Below are positions 1 to 8,525 of a stretch of 30,924 nucleotides of DNA, in pieces. Source of the stretch: Candidatus Jorgensenbacteria bacterium RIFCSPLOWO2_12_FULL_42_11 (GTDB lineage: Bacteria; Patescibacteriota; Minisyncoccia; UBA6257; MFKM01); NCBI GenBank assembly GCA_001779575.1, contig MFKM01000030.1, forward strand, positions 1 to 30,924, given 5' to 3'. The first letter of the stretch is position 1, and each line of letters opens with the position of its first letter. Both the position numbers and the translations under genes were made by a program. Below the pieces are notes generated by a model. The model did no database searches, was not told where the DNA came from, and was given only the letters and a program-made list of their open reading frames with translations.

Positions 1-62
1 CGATGTATCTCTTTAAGTTTTCCCGTTTGACAGATTTGTTTTTGTTGGGAATTTTGTCTTAA

Positions 63-97
63 CTAAATCCCGCCCCTTTTGAAGGGACGGGATTTGG
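63..97. terminator. GC-rich hairpin, possible intrinsic terminator or REP-like element
   Basis: AAATCCCG (65-72) pairs with CGGGATTT (88-95) and CCCTT (74-78) with AAGGG (82-86); followed by GGTTT. The upstream gene is not visible. Confidence 0.45.
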
Positions 98-148
98 TTT
101 AATAATCAAAACAATCTTTTATAATTAATATATTAAATTTTTTAAAAC

Positions 149-1870
149 ATGCTTTCTCTTCCCGTTTCAAAATTAAAGAAACTTATAATTGACGAAGGCC
201 TAATCAAGCCCGAGGAATTTGACCGATTAATTTTAGAAGCCGAAAGCAAAAAACAAAACTTGATAGACCTTCTGATTTCGCAGGGTTTTGTCACCAAGGA
301 TTATTTCTATGATATTCTGACGAAATCTTTAAAAGTAGAAAGGGTTTATTTAAGGAATCAAAAAATTGACGAGGAAGTTTTAAATCTTTTGCCTCGGGAT
401 TTGGCTCAATCTCGGCGGGCTCTGGTTTTCCGGCGGGAGCCGGACGGCGCTTTAGATATCGCTTTTGAAGACCCCACTAATTTGAACAACCTGGATTTTC
501 TCCAGCGCCGCTTAGGAGTAAAAATTAATCCTTTTCTGGCTACCGATGACGACCTGGAATGGGGTTTTTCCGCTTACGAAGCCCGTTTGGCCCAGGATTT
601 TAAAAAAATAATTGAAGAAAGCGTTGAGGCTTCTTTGAATTCTCGGCTGGAAGGAGACGAAAGATTGGTTGAAGCGGCCGCTGAACTGCCAATCGTGGCT
701 ATCGTTGACAATCTTTTGAATTATGCCGTTTCTCTTCGGGCTTCGGATATTCATTTGGAAATTACCGAAGAAAATGTTTTAGCCCGTTTTCGCATTGACG
801 GCATTCTTCACGAAATTATTAAAATTCGCAAAGAAGCCCAGCCGGCGATTATCGCCCGCATTAAACTTTTATCCGGTTTGAGAATTGACGAACATTCAAG
901 ACCCCAGGACGGTCGTTTTCGTTTTCAAAGCGGCCAGCAATTTATTGACATTCGGGTGTCCGTGATGCCGACTTTTCACGGCGAAAAAGCGGAGATGCGG
1001 TTATTAACCGCTTCCCAGAAACCTCTTTCTTCCAACGAATTGGGACTATTGGAAGACCATGCCAAGACCTTGGAAGATAATGCCAGAAAGACGTTTGGAA
1101 TGCTTTTGGTTTGCGGTCCAACCGGCAGCGGCAAGACCACCACTCTTTATTCAATTTTGAACAAGTTGAATCGGCCGGAAGTGAACATTGTCACCATTGA
1201 AGACCCGATTGAATATAATATGCGCAACGTTAATCAGGTTCAGGTTAATCCGGCCGCCGATATTACTTTTGCCAATGGTTTGCGGGCAATTTTGCGGCAA
1301 GACCCCAATGTTATCATGGTAGGGGAAGTCCGCGATAATGAAACGGCGGAAATAGCGATTCACTCGGCTCTTACCGGCCACCTGGTCTTAACCAGTCTTC
1401 ACACCAATGATGCCGCGACAGCCATCCCCCGACTGGTGGATATGAAAATTCCCCCGTTTTTGGTGGCGGCTGTTTTAAACTTGGTCGCGGCCCAGCGTTT
1501 AGTGCGCAATATCCATCGGGACTGCGTTGAGTCTTACGTTCCGGAAAAAGAAATTCTGGAAATTATTCGCAAAGAATTGGCTGAAATCGGCCTGGACGCC
1601 AAAGACATTCATCTTCCCAAAATTTTTTATCGCGGCAAGGGTTGCCAATCTTGTAATTTTACCGGTTATTTCGGAAGGTCGGTTATTTTTGAATTATTGG
1701 AAGTGAATAGCGAGATTAGAAAATTAATTGTCAGTCCGGAATTTTCTCTGGACGCTCTTAAAAAATTAGCCAATCAGCAAGGAATGATTACGATGTTTGA
1801 AGACGGATTAAGAAAAATTGAGCGGGGGGTTACGACTATTGAAGAAGTACTTCGCGTAATTCGTGAGTAG
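149..1870 (+). CDS. pilB: Type IV pilus / type II secretion assembly ATPase (PilB/GspE family)
   Basis: 573 aa; N-terminal MshEN/T2SSE_N-like region, RASDIHLE, RPQDGR, Walker A GPTGSGKTTT, TIEDPIEY Asp box, Walker B LRQDPNVIMVGEVRD, His box LTSLHTND; adjacent to pilC and pilins. Confidence 0.92.
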   Translation: MLSLPVSKLKKLIIDEGLIKPEEFDRLILEAESKKQNLIDLLISQGFVTKDYFYDILTKSLKVERVYLRNQKIDEEVLNLLPRDLAQSRRALVFRREPDGALDIAFEDPTNLNNLDFLQRRLGVKINPFLATDDDLEWGFSAYEARLAQDFKKIIEESVEASLNSRLEGDERLVEAAAELPIVAIVDNLLNYAVSLRASDIHLEITEENVLARFRIDGILHEIIKIRKEAQPAIIARIKLLSGLRIDEHSRPQDGRFRFQSGQQFIDIRVSVMPTFHGEKAEMRLLTASQKPLSSNELGLLEDHAKTLEDNARKTFGMLLVCGPTGSGKTTTLYSILNKLNRPEVNIVTIEDPIEYNMRNVNQVQVNPAADITFANGLRAILRQDPNVIMVGEVRDNETAEIAIHSALTGHLVLTSLHTNDAATAIPRLVDMKIPPFLVAAVLNLVAAQRLVRNIHRDCVESYVPEKEILEIIRKELAEIGLDAKDIHLPKIFYRGKGCQSCNFTGYFGRSVIFELLEVNSEIRKLIVSPEFSLDALKKLANQQGMITMFEDGLRKIERGVTTIEEVLRVIRE

Positions 1871-1888
1871 ATTCACGAATTACGCGAA
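1851..1888. repeat. Perfect 16-bp inverted repeat with the pilB stop codon in its 6-nt loop
   Basis: TTCGCGTAATTCGTGA (1851-1866), loop GTAGAT, TCACGAATTACGCGAA (1873-1888). Confidence 0.9.
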
Positions 1889-1976
1889 TTTAGAATTAAG
1901 AATGCAAAATTAAGAATTTATTGAAAATTATTATTAAAAGCGTTAATTCTGAATTCTAAATTCTGAATTTTTAATT
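1886..1976. repeat. Degenerate 7-bp-period repeats arranged as an inverted pair
   Basis: GAATTTA GAATTAA GAATGCA AAATTAA GAATTTA (1886-1920) opposite TAATTCT GAATTCT AAATTCT GAATTTT (1944-1971). Confidence 0.8.
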
Positions 1977-1993
1977 AACGTATAAACACGTTT

Positions 1994-3208
1994 ATGAGAT
2001 TTCACTACACAGCCAGCGAACCTGCCGGCAAAATCATTGAAAACGAAATTGAAGCCCAGGGAATAGCCGAAGTTTTGGAATTTCTGACCAGCCGAGGTTT
2101 AAAGCCGGTTAATATTAAAATTATTAAAGGAATTAAAGCGGTTAGCGGCCAGGGTATTTTTGGGGCGTCAATCACCGAAAATGATAAAATTTTTTTGACG
2201 AGATATCTGGGCTTGATGCTTAAAGTAGGCACCGATCTTTTCCAGGCGCTTGATGTTTTGATGACTGATTTTGACAAGCCGATCATCAAAGCGTTTTTAA
2301 GCGAAGTCCGTTCTAATTTGGAAAAAGGCCAGCCGTTTTATCTTTCTTTTGCCCGGTATCCGAAATTTTTTAATCCGGTTTTTGTCAATTTGATAAAAGC
2401 GGGGGAAGTTTCCGGCAATCTGGATAAAATCTTGGAAGATTTAAGCGTTACTTTGGAAAAACAGCAGGAAATCAAAAGCCGCATTCAAGGGGTTTTGATT
2501 TACCCGATTTTTCTTTTGGTGGCTTCGTTTTCAATCCTGTTTTTTCTGGTTACCTTCGCTCTTCCGAAAATTGCCGGCGTTTTTCAAGGCAGCGGCTTTA
2601 AAGCGCCTTTGTTCTCAAGAATTGTTTTTGCCGTGGGGGCGTTTTTCGGAAAATACGCCTTACTTCTCGCCGCTGTTTTGATTTTTGGAGCGTTTGCCGT
2701 TTTTTATTTTTACAAAACCTCGCTTGTTTTTAGACGCTTTCTCTTCAGTTTGATAAACCGCTTGCCCGTTATTCGCGGTGTGATTGCCGAATTGGCTTTG
2801 CAACGTTTTGCTTCAACCCTCGCTTCTTTAATAAAGGCCGGTTTGTCGTTTACCAAGGGGATAGAAATTACCGCTCAAGCCGTGGGCAACGAAGAATTGA
2901 AGGCGGCCCTGTTGAGAGTTTCTCAAGAGGGAATGGCCGCTAAAGGGTTGAAAGTGAGCGAAGCCTTTAGAAGAGAACCGATTTTCCCCAGGGTAGTGGT
3001 CAATCTTATTTCTATTTCCGAAAAATCCGGCCATATTGAAAATGTTTTGATAACTCTTAGCGGCTTTTACGAAAAAGAAGCCGACGCGGCCATAAAATTT
3101 ATGGTTACCTTGCTTGAGCCGGCCCTTCTGATGATCATGGGAGTTATCGTGGGCGTCATCGCTTTGGCCATCATTGTTCCGATTTATCAGTTGACCGGCA
3201 ACTTCTGA
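1994..3208 (+). CDS. pilC: Type IV pilus / T2SS inner-membrane platform protein (PilC/GspF family)
   Basis: 404 aa; two T2SSF-like domains (LIKAGEVSGNLDKIL; ISISEKSGHIE), hydrophobic TM segments, C-terminal LEPALL...IIVPIY; follows pilB. Confidence 0.92.
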   Translation: MRFHYTASEPAGKIIENEIEAQGIAEVLEFLTSRGLKPVNIKIIKGIKAVSGQGIFGASITENDKIFLTRYLGLMLKVGTDLFQALDVLMTDFDKPIIKAFLSEVRSNLEKGQPFYLSFARYPKFFNPVFVNLIKAGEVSGNLDKILEDLSVTLEKQQEIKSRIQGVLIYPIFLLVASFSILFFLVTFALPKIAGVFQGSGFKAPLFSRIVFAVGAFFGKYALLLAAVLIFGAFAVFYFYKTSLVFRRFLFSLINRLPVIRGVIAELALQRFASTLASLIKAGLSFTKGIEITAQAVGNEELKAALLRVSQEGMAAKGLKVSEAFRREPIFPRVVVNLISISEKSGHIENVLITLSGFYEKEADAAIKFMVTLLEPALLMIMGVIVGVIALAIIVPIYQLTGNF

Positions 3209-3266
3209 AGGGCTTGGTCTAAAATTTCGAGCCGTCAGGCGATGAAATTTTAGCAACCAAACCTTT
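3208..3266. repeat. Imperfect REP-like hairpin abutting the GIY-YIG cassette
   Basis: TTGGT/ACCAA, CTAAAATTTC (3219-3228)/GAAATTTTAG (3244-3253) and inner GCC-GTCA-GGC. Confidence 0.7.
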
Positions 3267-3563
3267 ACCCCCACACTCAAAAACTACTATGTTTTATTTC
3301 TATATCTTGCAATCAGTTAAAGATAAAGATTTGTATTTCGGATTTTCTTCTGACTTGCGACAAAGAGTAAAAGAACATAATAAAGGTCGCGTTCTTGCAA
3401 CCAATAAACGTAAACCACTGCGATTGGTATACTATGAAGCCTATCTTTCAGAAAAGGACGCCAGGAACAGAGAGCGACAAATTAAACTGCGCGCTCAAGC
3501 ATTTACTTCACTGAAACGTAGAATTAAAGATAGTATTTTACAGTAGTTTTTGAGTGTGGGGGT
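3267..3563 (+). mobile_element. Putative mobile cassette: GIY-YIG gene enclosed by a perfect 22-bp terminal inverted repeat
   Basis: ACCCCCACACTCAAAAACTACT (3267-3288) and its exact reverse complement AGTAGTTTTTGAGTGTGGGGGT (3542-3563). The ATG follows the left arm directly and the TAG lies inside the right arm. Mobility is inferred; no target duplication was seen. Confidence 0.55.
3289..3546 (+). CDS. Small GIY-YIG nuclease family protein (UPF0213-like)
   Basis: 85 aa; FYFYIL...LYFG (GIY-YIG variant), DLRQRVKEHN, KPLRLVYYEAY, ARNRERQIK. Confidence 0.88.
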   Translation: MFYFYILQSVKDKDLYFGFSSDLRQRVKEHNKGRVLATNKRKPLRLVYYEAYLSEKDARNRERQIKLRAQAFTSLKRRIKDSILQ

Positions 3564-3573
3564 GCTCGATTAC

Positions 3574-4107
3574 ATGAATAAATTTTTATCACTTCGTTCA
3601 AAAATTTATATAAAATCGGCAGGGTTTACCTTAATAGAGCTTTTGGTAACGGTTGCCATTTTGGCGGCAGTGGCGGCAATTGGCGGCATTAATTTGTTTG
3701 GCTATTATAATCGTCAAAATTTAGAATTAACCGCCGAAGAAATTACGGTCTTAATCAGAGACGCTCAAAACAGAACTCTCGTTCAGCAAGATGGCAACGC
3801 TGACGGCCAGGGAGACCAGTGGGGCGTTAATTTTGAAAATAGAATTTCGGATTCGGATTTGGCGCGACTTTTTTGTTGCGGTTCAAGCTACGATTTGGGA
3901 ACCGTTGTCAATACTTACAATTTGCGAACGGGTGTTGAATTGACTGATCCCGGCGAAGGCAGTTCCAAGGATATTGTTTTGTCCAGATTAACCGGTTATC
4001 CCGGCGTCCCCGCTTCCATTACCGTTGCTTTAAAAAACAATCCTGCCGCTTTTTTTATTATCACCGTTGGCGCGATTGGACAGGTATCGCGGTCGCCATT
4101 AGAATAA
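3574..4107 (+). CDS. Type IV pilin-like protein with prepilin N-terminal methylation motif
   Basis: Basic leader followed by AG|FTLIELLVTVAIL (Glu at +5) and a hydrophobic helix. ATG 3574 is preferred over the track start TTG 3550, which lies inside the inverted repeat. Confidence 0.88.
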   Translation: MNKFLSLRSKIYIKSAGFTLIELLVTVAILAAVAAIGGINLFGYYNRQNLELTAEEITVLIRDAQNRTLVQQDGNADGQGDQWGVNFENRISDSDLARLFCCGSSYDLGTVVNTYNLRTGVELTDPGEGSSKDIVLSRLTGYPGVPASITVALKNNPAAFFIITVGAIGQVSRSPLE

Positions 4108-4119
4108 ATATCATAAGGC

Positions 4120-4238
4120 ATGAATTACAAAACATCGCGAAATCAGAAATTTAAGTTTCAAGATTCCGGGCAGGCCCAGTAGTGAAAACTCGACTGCTTT
4201 TATAATTAAATTCAAAGGGTTTCACGCTAGAGCGTTAA
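4120..4238 (+). pseudogene. Two pilin signal-peptide relics
   Basis: 4120-4182 reads MNYKTSRNQKFKFQDSGQAQ* (SGQA resembles the GQALVE cleavage motif). 4182-4238 reads (GTG)KTRLLL*LNSKGFTLER* (KGFTL-E motif with stops). Confidence 0.55.
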
Positions 4239-4263
4239 CAAAAAATTGTTTTGAAGCTTCAAC

Positions 4264-4923
4264 ATGAATCAAGGTCATAAAATAAAAGAGAATTTAATAA
4301 GTCGAGTTTCTACTACTGGGCAGGCCTTAGTTGAAATTCTTATCGGATTGGCCGTGGCCGGAACTTTAATAGGCGCGGCGACTACGGCGTTGGTGGCGAT
4401 TTTGCGCTCCGGCTTGGAAACTAAAAATTTTCAAATCGCTTCTTCTTTGGGCCAAGAATTGATGGATAATGTCAAAACGGTGGCCGAAGCCGATTGGCGC
4501 GACATTTACGATTTGAGCAAAGGACAGAACACTCAATATTACGCAATGGCTTCGGGGACAGCGTCTATTATTTTTTCCGGCGTCGCCACATCTACCGTCG
4601 GCAACATTACTTATACCAAATTTTTTTCCGTAGAGAATGTTAAACGCTTAAGTGGAATTATCAGCGTTGATTTCTTGGCCGTTGATGATCCTTCCACCCA
4701 GAAAATTGTCAGCCACGTCCAGTGGCCCAGCGCCGGCCGGACTGCCGAAGCGGTTTTGACGGTTTATTTGAGCCGCTGGCGCAATTCTATTTCCCGCCAG
4801 ACCGATTGGTCGGGAGGAAGCGGTCAAACGGGGCCGGTTTCCGAATTAAATAAAAAATTTGCCTCCTCCACGGGCATTGATTATTCTTCAAGCACGGGTT
4901 CAATTATTATTCAGGGATTTTAA
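4264..4923 (+). CDS. Minor pilin-like protein
   Basis: 219 aa; TG|QALVEILIGLAVAGTLIGAA class III signal motif with Glu at +5. Confidence 0.82.
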   Translation: MNQGHKIKENLISRVSTTGQALVEILIGLAVAGTLIGAATTALVAILRSGLETKNFQIASSLGQELMDNVKTVAEADWRDIYDLSKGQNTQYYAMASGTASIIFSGVATSTVGNITYTKFFSVENVKRLSGIISVDFLAVDDPSTQKIVSHVQWPSAGRTAEAVLTVYLSRWRNSISRQTDWSGGSGQTGPVSELNKKFASSTGIDYSSSTGSIIIQGF

Positions 4924-5114
4924 GTTAAGATTTAAAATTTACCCCTCCATCTATCTTTATGAGGAAATTTTTGTTATGAATAAAAAATTTGTTTTTTTTG
5001 AGTTCAATATTGCGGAAATTTTGCGACAAGCCGGAATTTCGTTTGGAGATTGGAATAATGTTTAGGATAATCCCTTTTTCGTAAAAATTTCGTGTTCCGC
5101 ATTCAAAAATACAT

Positions 5115-5142
5115 TTGACTTCTCAAAACTTAGGATTACAAT
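5115..5142 (+). promoter_or_regulatory. Sigma70-type promoter for grpE-dnaK (near-leaderless)
   Basis: TTGACT (5115-5120), 16-bp spacer, TACAAT (5137-5142); ATG 8 nt downstream. Confidence 0.6.
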
Positions 5143-5150
5143 TTCTTATT

Positions 5151-5672
5151 ATGACCGAAGAAGCGAAAATTCAAGAATCAGAAGAAGAAAAACCGGCGGA
5201 GCTTGACGATTTGTCAAAATGCCAGAAAGAACGGGACGAATATCTTGACGGTTGGCGGCGGGCCAAGGCCGAACTTCTGAATTATAAAAAAGAAGAAAAT
5301 AAAAGATTTGAAATTTTCGCGAAGCTGGCCAACGAAGGATTGATAAGAAATCTTTTGACGGTTTTGAGCAGTTTTGATTTGGGGCTAATGTCTTTGTCTC
5401 CCTACGGGAGATCCCCCGAAGGGGGAGAAAAAGAAGGATTAGACCAGAAAGGGATGTATTTGATTCGCTCTCAACTTAAAGATATTCTTAAATCGCACGG
5501 CTTGGAAGAAATCGCGGTTTCAACGGGAGAGGTTTTTAATCCGGCTACGCAAGAAGCGGTGGCTGAAATCGCGTCGGATCAACCGGCGGGAACTATTATT
5601 GAAGAAGTGGAAAAAGGTTATTTATTAAATGGCCGGACAATCAAGCCGGCGAGGGTAAAAATAGCAAAATAA
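5151..5672 (+). CDS. grpE: Nucleotide exchange factor GrpE
   Basis: YLDGWRRAKAELLNYKK, FNPATQEAV, EEVEKGYLLNGRTIKPARVKI; directly upstream of dnaK. ATG 5151 is chosen over TTG 5115, which is the -35 box. Confidence 0.93.
   Translation: MTEEAKIQESEEEKPAELDDLSKCQKERDEYLDGWRRAKAELLNYKKEENKRFEIFAKLANEGLIRNLLTVLSSFDLGLMSLSPYGRSPEGGEKEGLDQKGMYLIRSQLKDILKSHGLEEIAVSTGEVFNPATQEAVAEIASDQPAGTIIEEVEKGYLLNGRTIKPARVKIAK
5397..5426. repeat. In-frame double-hairpin (30 bp) inside grpE
   Basis: TCTCCC-TAC-GGGAGA followed by TCCCCC-GAA-GGGGGA; exactly 10 codons (SPYGRSPEGG). Confidence 0.8.
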
Positions 5673-5702
5673 ATTTATTATTTACAATAAAAATTAAAAA
5701 TT

Positions 5703-7511
5703 ATGTCTAAAATACTTGGCATTGATTTAGGAACAACTTATTCGGCGATGGCGATTGTTGAAGGAGGAGAGCCGAAAATTATTGAAAACACCGAAGGCAA
5801 CCGGACGACTCCTTCCGTGGTCGCTTCAAGCAAAAACGGAGAAAGATTGGCGGGTTTATTGGCCAAGCGCCAATCAATCACCAATCCCAAAAATACCATT
5901 TTTTCGGTCAAACGTTTAATCGGCCGAAGATTCAGCGATAAGACGGTTCAGTATGACAAGACCTGGCTGTCTTACGAAATCAAAGAAGGAGCTAACGACG
6001 GAGTGGAAATAAAATTAGGCGACCGGTGGTATAAACCCGAGGAAATTTCGGCCATGATTCTTCAAAAACTCAAAGCGGACGCCGAAACTAAATTGGGAGA
6101 AAAAATAGAAGAAGCGGTCATCACCGTTCCGGCTTATTTTGACGATAGCCAGCGCCAGGCCACTAAAAATGCCGGAGAAATTGCCGGTTTCAAAGTGCGA
6201 TTGATTCTGAACGAACCCACGGCCGCGGCTTTGGCTTACGGACTAAACAAGAAAAAAAACGAGCAGATTATCGTTTATGATTTCGGCGGCGGCACTTTTG
6301 ATATTTCCATTTTGGAAGTAAGCGAAGACGTCGTTGAAGTTAAGGGAACCGGCGGCGATACTCATCTGGGAGGCGATGACTTTGACAAGAGAATTATTGA
6401 TTATTTGGTTTCAGATTACAAAAAACAAGAAGGAGTTGATATTTCCAAAGATCCTCTGGCTTTGCAACGTTTGAAGGAAGCGGCCGAGCGAGCCAAGCAC
6501 GAGCTTTCCACGGCTTCCGAAACCGAAATCAATCTGCCTTATGTCACGACCGATGCTTCCGGCCCCAAGCATTTCTTGAAGAAATTAACCCGAGCCAAAC
6601 TGGAAGAATTGGTCGGGGATTTGATTGAGCGTTCCATTAAATTAGTGGACGAAACCCTGAAAGAAGCGGGTTTTAAATCTTCGGATATTGAACAAATTGT
6701 TTTAGTCGGCGGACAAACGAGAATGCCGGCTATTCAGGAAGCGGTTAAAAAGTTCTTCGGAAAAGAACCGCACAAGGAAGTTAACCCCGATGAAGTGGTG
6801 GCGGCCGGAGCGGCGATTCAGGCCGGAATTCTTCAAGGCGAGGTGAGAGATGTTTTGCTTTTGGATGTCAGCCCTTTGAGTTTGAGTTTGGAAACTTTGG
6901 GCGGTATTGCCACGCCGATGATTCCTAAAAATACGACTATTCCGACTGCTAAAACCCAGACTTTTTCAACGGCGGCGGATAATCAGACGACGGTGGAAAT
7001 CGTGGTGCTTCAAGGAGAACGGGAAATGGCCGTCGACAACAAACTTTTGGGCCGTTTTCTGCTTGACGGAATCGCGCCGGCGGCTCGGGGCGTTCCCCAG
7101 GTTGAAGTTACTTTTGACATTGACGCTAACGGCATTTTAAGCGTCTCGGCCAAAGACAAAGCCACCGGCAAAAGCCAGACCATTAAAATTGAAGCGACCA
7201 CTTCCTTGAGTAAAGAAGAAGTGGAACGATTAAAACAGGAAGCCGCTCTTCACGCCGAAGAAGACAAAAAAAAGAAAGAATTGGTAGAAATGAAAAATCA
7301 AGCCGAATCCTCGGTTTATCTGGCGGAGAAAACTCTTAAAGAAAATAGCGATAAAATCGCCCAGGATTTGAAAGATTCCCTGACAGGGAAAATAGAAAAG
7401 TTAAAATCGGTTAAGGAGGGCGACAGCGCCGAAGAAATAAAATCGGCGATTAGCGAACTTTCCCAAGCTGTTCAAGATATCGGCAAAGGAACGCAAGGCA
7501 AGCAGAATTAA
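5703..7511 (+). CDS. dnaK: Chaperone DnaK (Hsp70)
   Basis: 602 aa; [50 protein letters not shown], linker DVLLLDV. Confidence 0.98.
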   Translation: MSKILGIDLGTTYSAMAIVEGGEPKIIENTEGNRTTPSVVASSKNGERLAGLLAKRQSITNPKNTIFSVKRLIGRRFSDKTVQYDKTWLSYEIKEGANDGVEIKLGDRWYKPEEISAMILQKLKADAETKLGEKIEEAVITVPAYFDDSQRQATKNAGEIAGFKVRLILNEPTAAALAYGLNKKKNEQIIVYDFGGGTFDISILEVSEDVVEVKGTGGDTHLGGDDFDKRIIDYLVSDYKKQEGVDISKDPLALQRLKEAAERAKHELSTASETEINLPYVTTDASGPKHFLKKLTRAKLEELVGDLIERSIKLVDETLKEAGFKSSDIEQIVLVGGQTRMPAIQEAVKKFFGKEPHKEVNPDEVVAAGAAIQAGILQGEVRDVLLLDVSPLSLSLETLGGIATPMIPKNTTIPTAKTQTFSTAADNQTTVEIVVLQGEREMAVDNKLLGRFLLDGIAPAARGVPQVEVTFDIDANGILSVSAKDKATGKSQTIKIEATTSLSKEEVERLKQEAALHAEEDKKKKELVEMKNQAESSVYLAEKTLKENSDKIAQDLKDSLTGKIEKLKSVKEGDSAEEIKSAISELSQAVQDIGKGTQGKQN

Positions 7512-7535
7512 ATTTAATTTAAAGTAAAGCGAATT

Positions 7536-8525
7536 ATGGCTGATTTACTTTCTAAGGAAAAAGAAGACAATCTTTATCAGCCGCTTGTTAAAGTTATTCC
7601 TCTGCTGTCCTTTGAGATCGGGTCCGTTTTTTTGATGAGTTTTTGTTTCCGGCAATTCATAGGCAAGGCCGATTTATCAGCCGGCGGATTGTTTTGGTTT
7701 TTGATTGGTTTTGGTTTGTTCGCGGTTTTTTCTTTTTTAGCCGCTCTTTTTGTCAATGGATTACAGTGGTCGGGTTTAGCGGCCGGTTTGTCCGTGGTTG
7801 CCGCTCTGGCGGTTTTTTACGATTATTTTTCAACAATTTTAGTCGTTTTCGGGATTCTCGCTTTCTTGATTTTTATATGGGGGATAAGCCAGCTGCGTTT
7901 GGAATCGGCCAATTCTTTGAAAATCAGATTTCTCCGTTTGACGAAAATATTTTTGCCCAAGATTGCCTTGGGGACAGCGATCTTGCTTTCTCTTTTTAGC
8001 TATTTTCTGTTTTCTAGCCAAAGCGACTTTCCGGTTTCTTTTAAAAATTTCCAGTTTTTGTTAAAACCGAACGAAAAACTGGTTGGTGTTTTTATTCCGG
8101 ATTTTAGTTTCCAAAAACCATTTCAGACAGCTTTAGCCGGCTTTCTTAAAAAGCAATTAATCGCGAAAGTTCCCAGTTTTGAAAGCTTGTCGGCTTCGGT
8201 CAAAGAAACAATGGCGGAATCGGCTGCCGAAAAGGGATTAACCGACTTGAATAAATTTTTGGGCGTTGAAATTAACGCCCGGGATTCAGCTGATAAGGTT
8301 ATTTACGATTCTTTGGCGATAAAATTCAACCAGCTTGATGAAAGAGCCAAAAAATGGATAATTACGGGGGTGTTCGTTGTTTTGTTTTTAACTATCAGGG
8401 CTTTATTTGTTCCTATAAATTGGTTGTTGTCCATTCTCTTGTTTTTGATTTATTTGTTTTTGTTAGCGCTTAATTTTGCCAGTGTTAAAATGGAATCAAG
8501 AGGCAAAGAAGTATTAACAATATGA
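7536..8525 (+). CDS. Hypothetical polytopic membrane protein
   Basis: 329 aa; about five hydrophobic segments in the N-terminal half, a soluble region and a long C-terminal hydrophobic stretch; its stop overlaps the dnaJ start (ATGA). Confidence 0.75.
   Translation: MADLLSKEKEDNLYQPLVKVIPLLSFEIGSVFLMSFCFRQFIGKADLSAGGLFWFLIGFGLFAVFSFLAALFVNGLQWSGLAAGLSVVAALAVFYDYFSTILVVFGILAFLIFIWGISQLRLESANSLKIRFLRLTKIFLPKIALGTAILLSLFSYFLFSSQSDFPVSFKNFQFLLKPNEKLVGVFIPDFSFQKPFQTALAGFLKKQLIAKVPSFESLSASVKETMAESAAEKGLTDLNKFLGVEINARDSADKVIYDSLAIKFNQLDERAKKWIITGVFVVLFLTIRALFVPINWLLSILLFLIYLFLLALNFASVKMESRGKEVLTI

Noticed and set aside
1-60. TTGACA at 27-32 and a possible gene end at the window start
   Set aside because: No -10 at the right spacing, and too little sequence to call a gene.
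1500-1660. PilB zinc site with HRDC in place of the first CxxC
   Set aside because: It is a single His-for-Cys change that can still bind zinc; too weak alone.
4924-5150. CIRCE/hrcA control of grpE-dnaK, ORF 4859..5065, and a 29-aa ORF starting near 4976
   Set aside because: No TTAGCACTC-N9-GAGTGCTAA and no hrcA in the window. The ORFs overlap the pilin end or are too short, with no recognisable motif.
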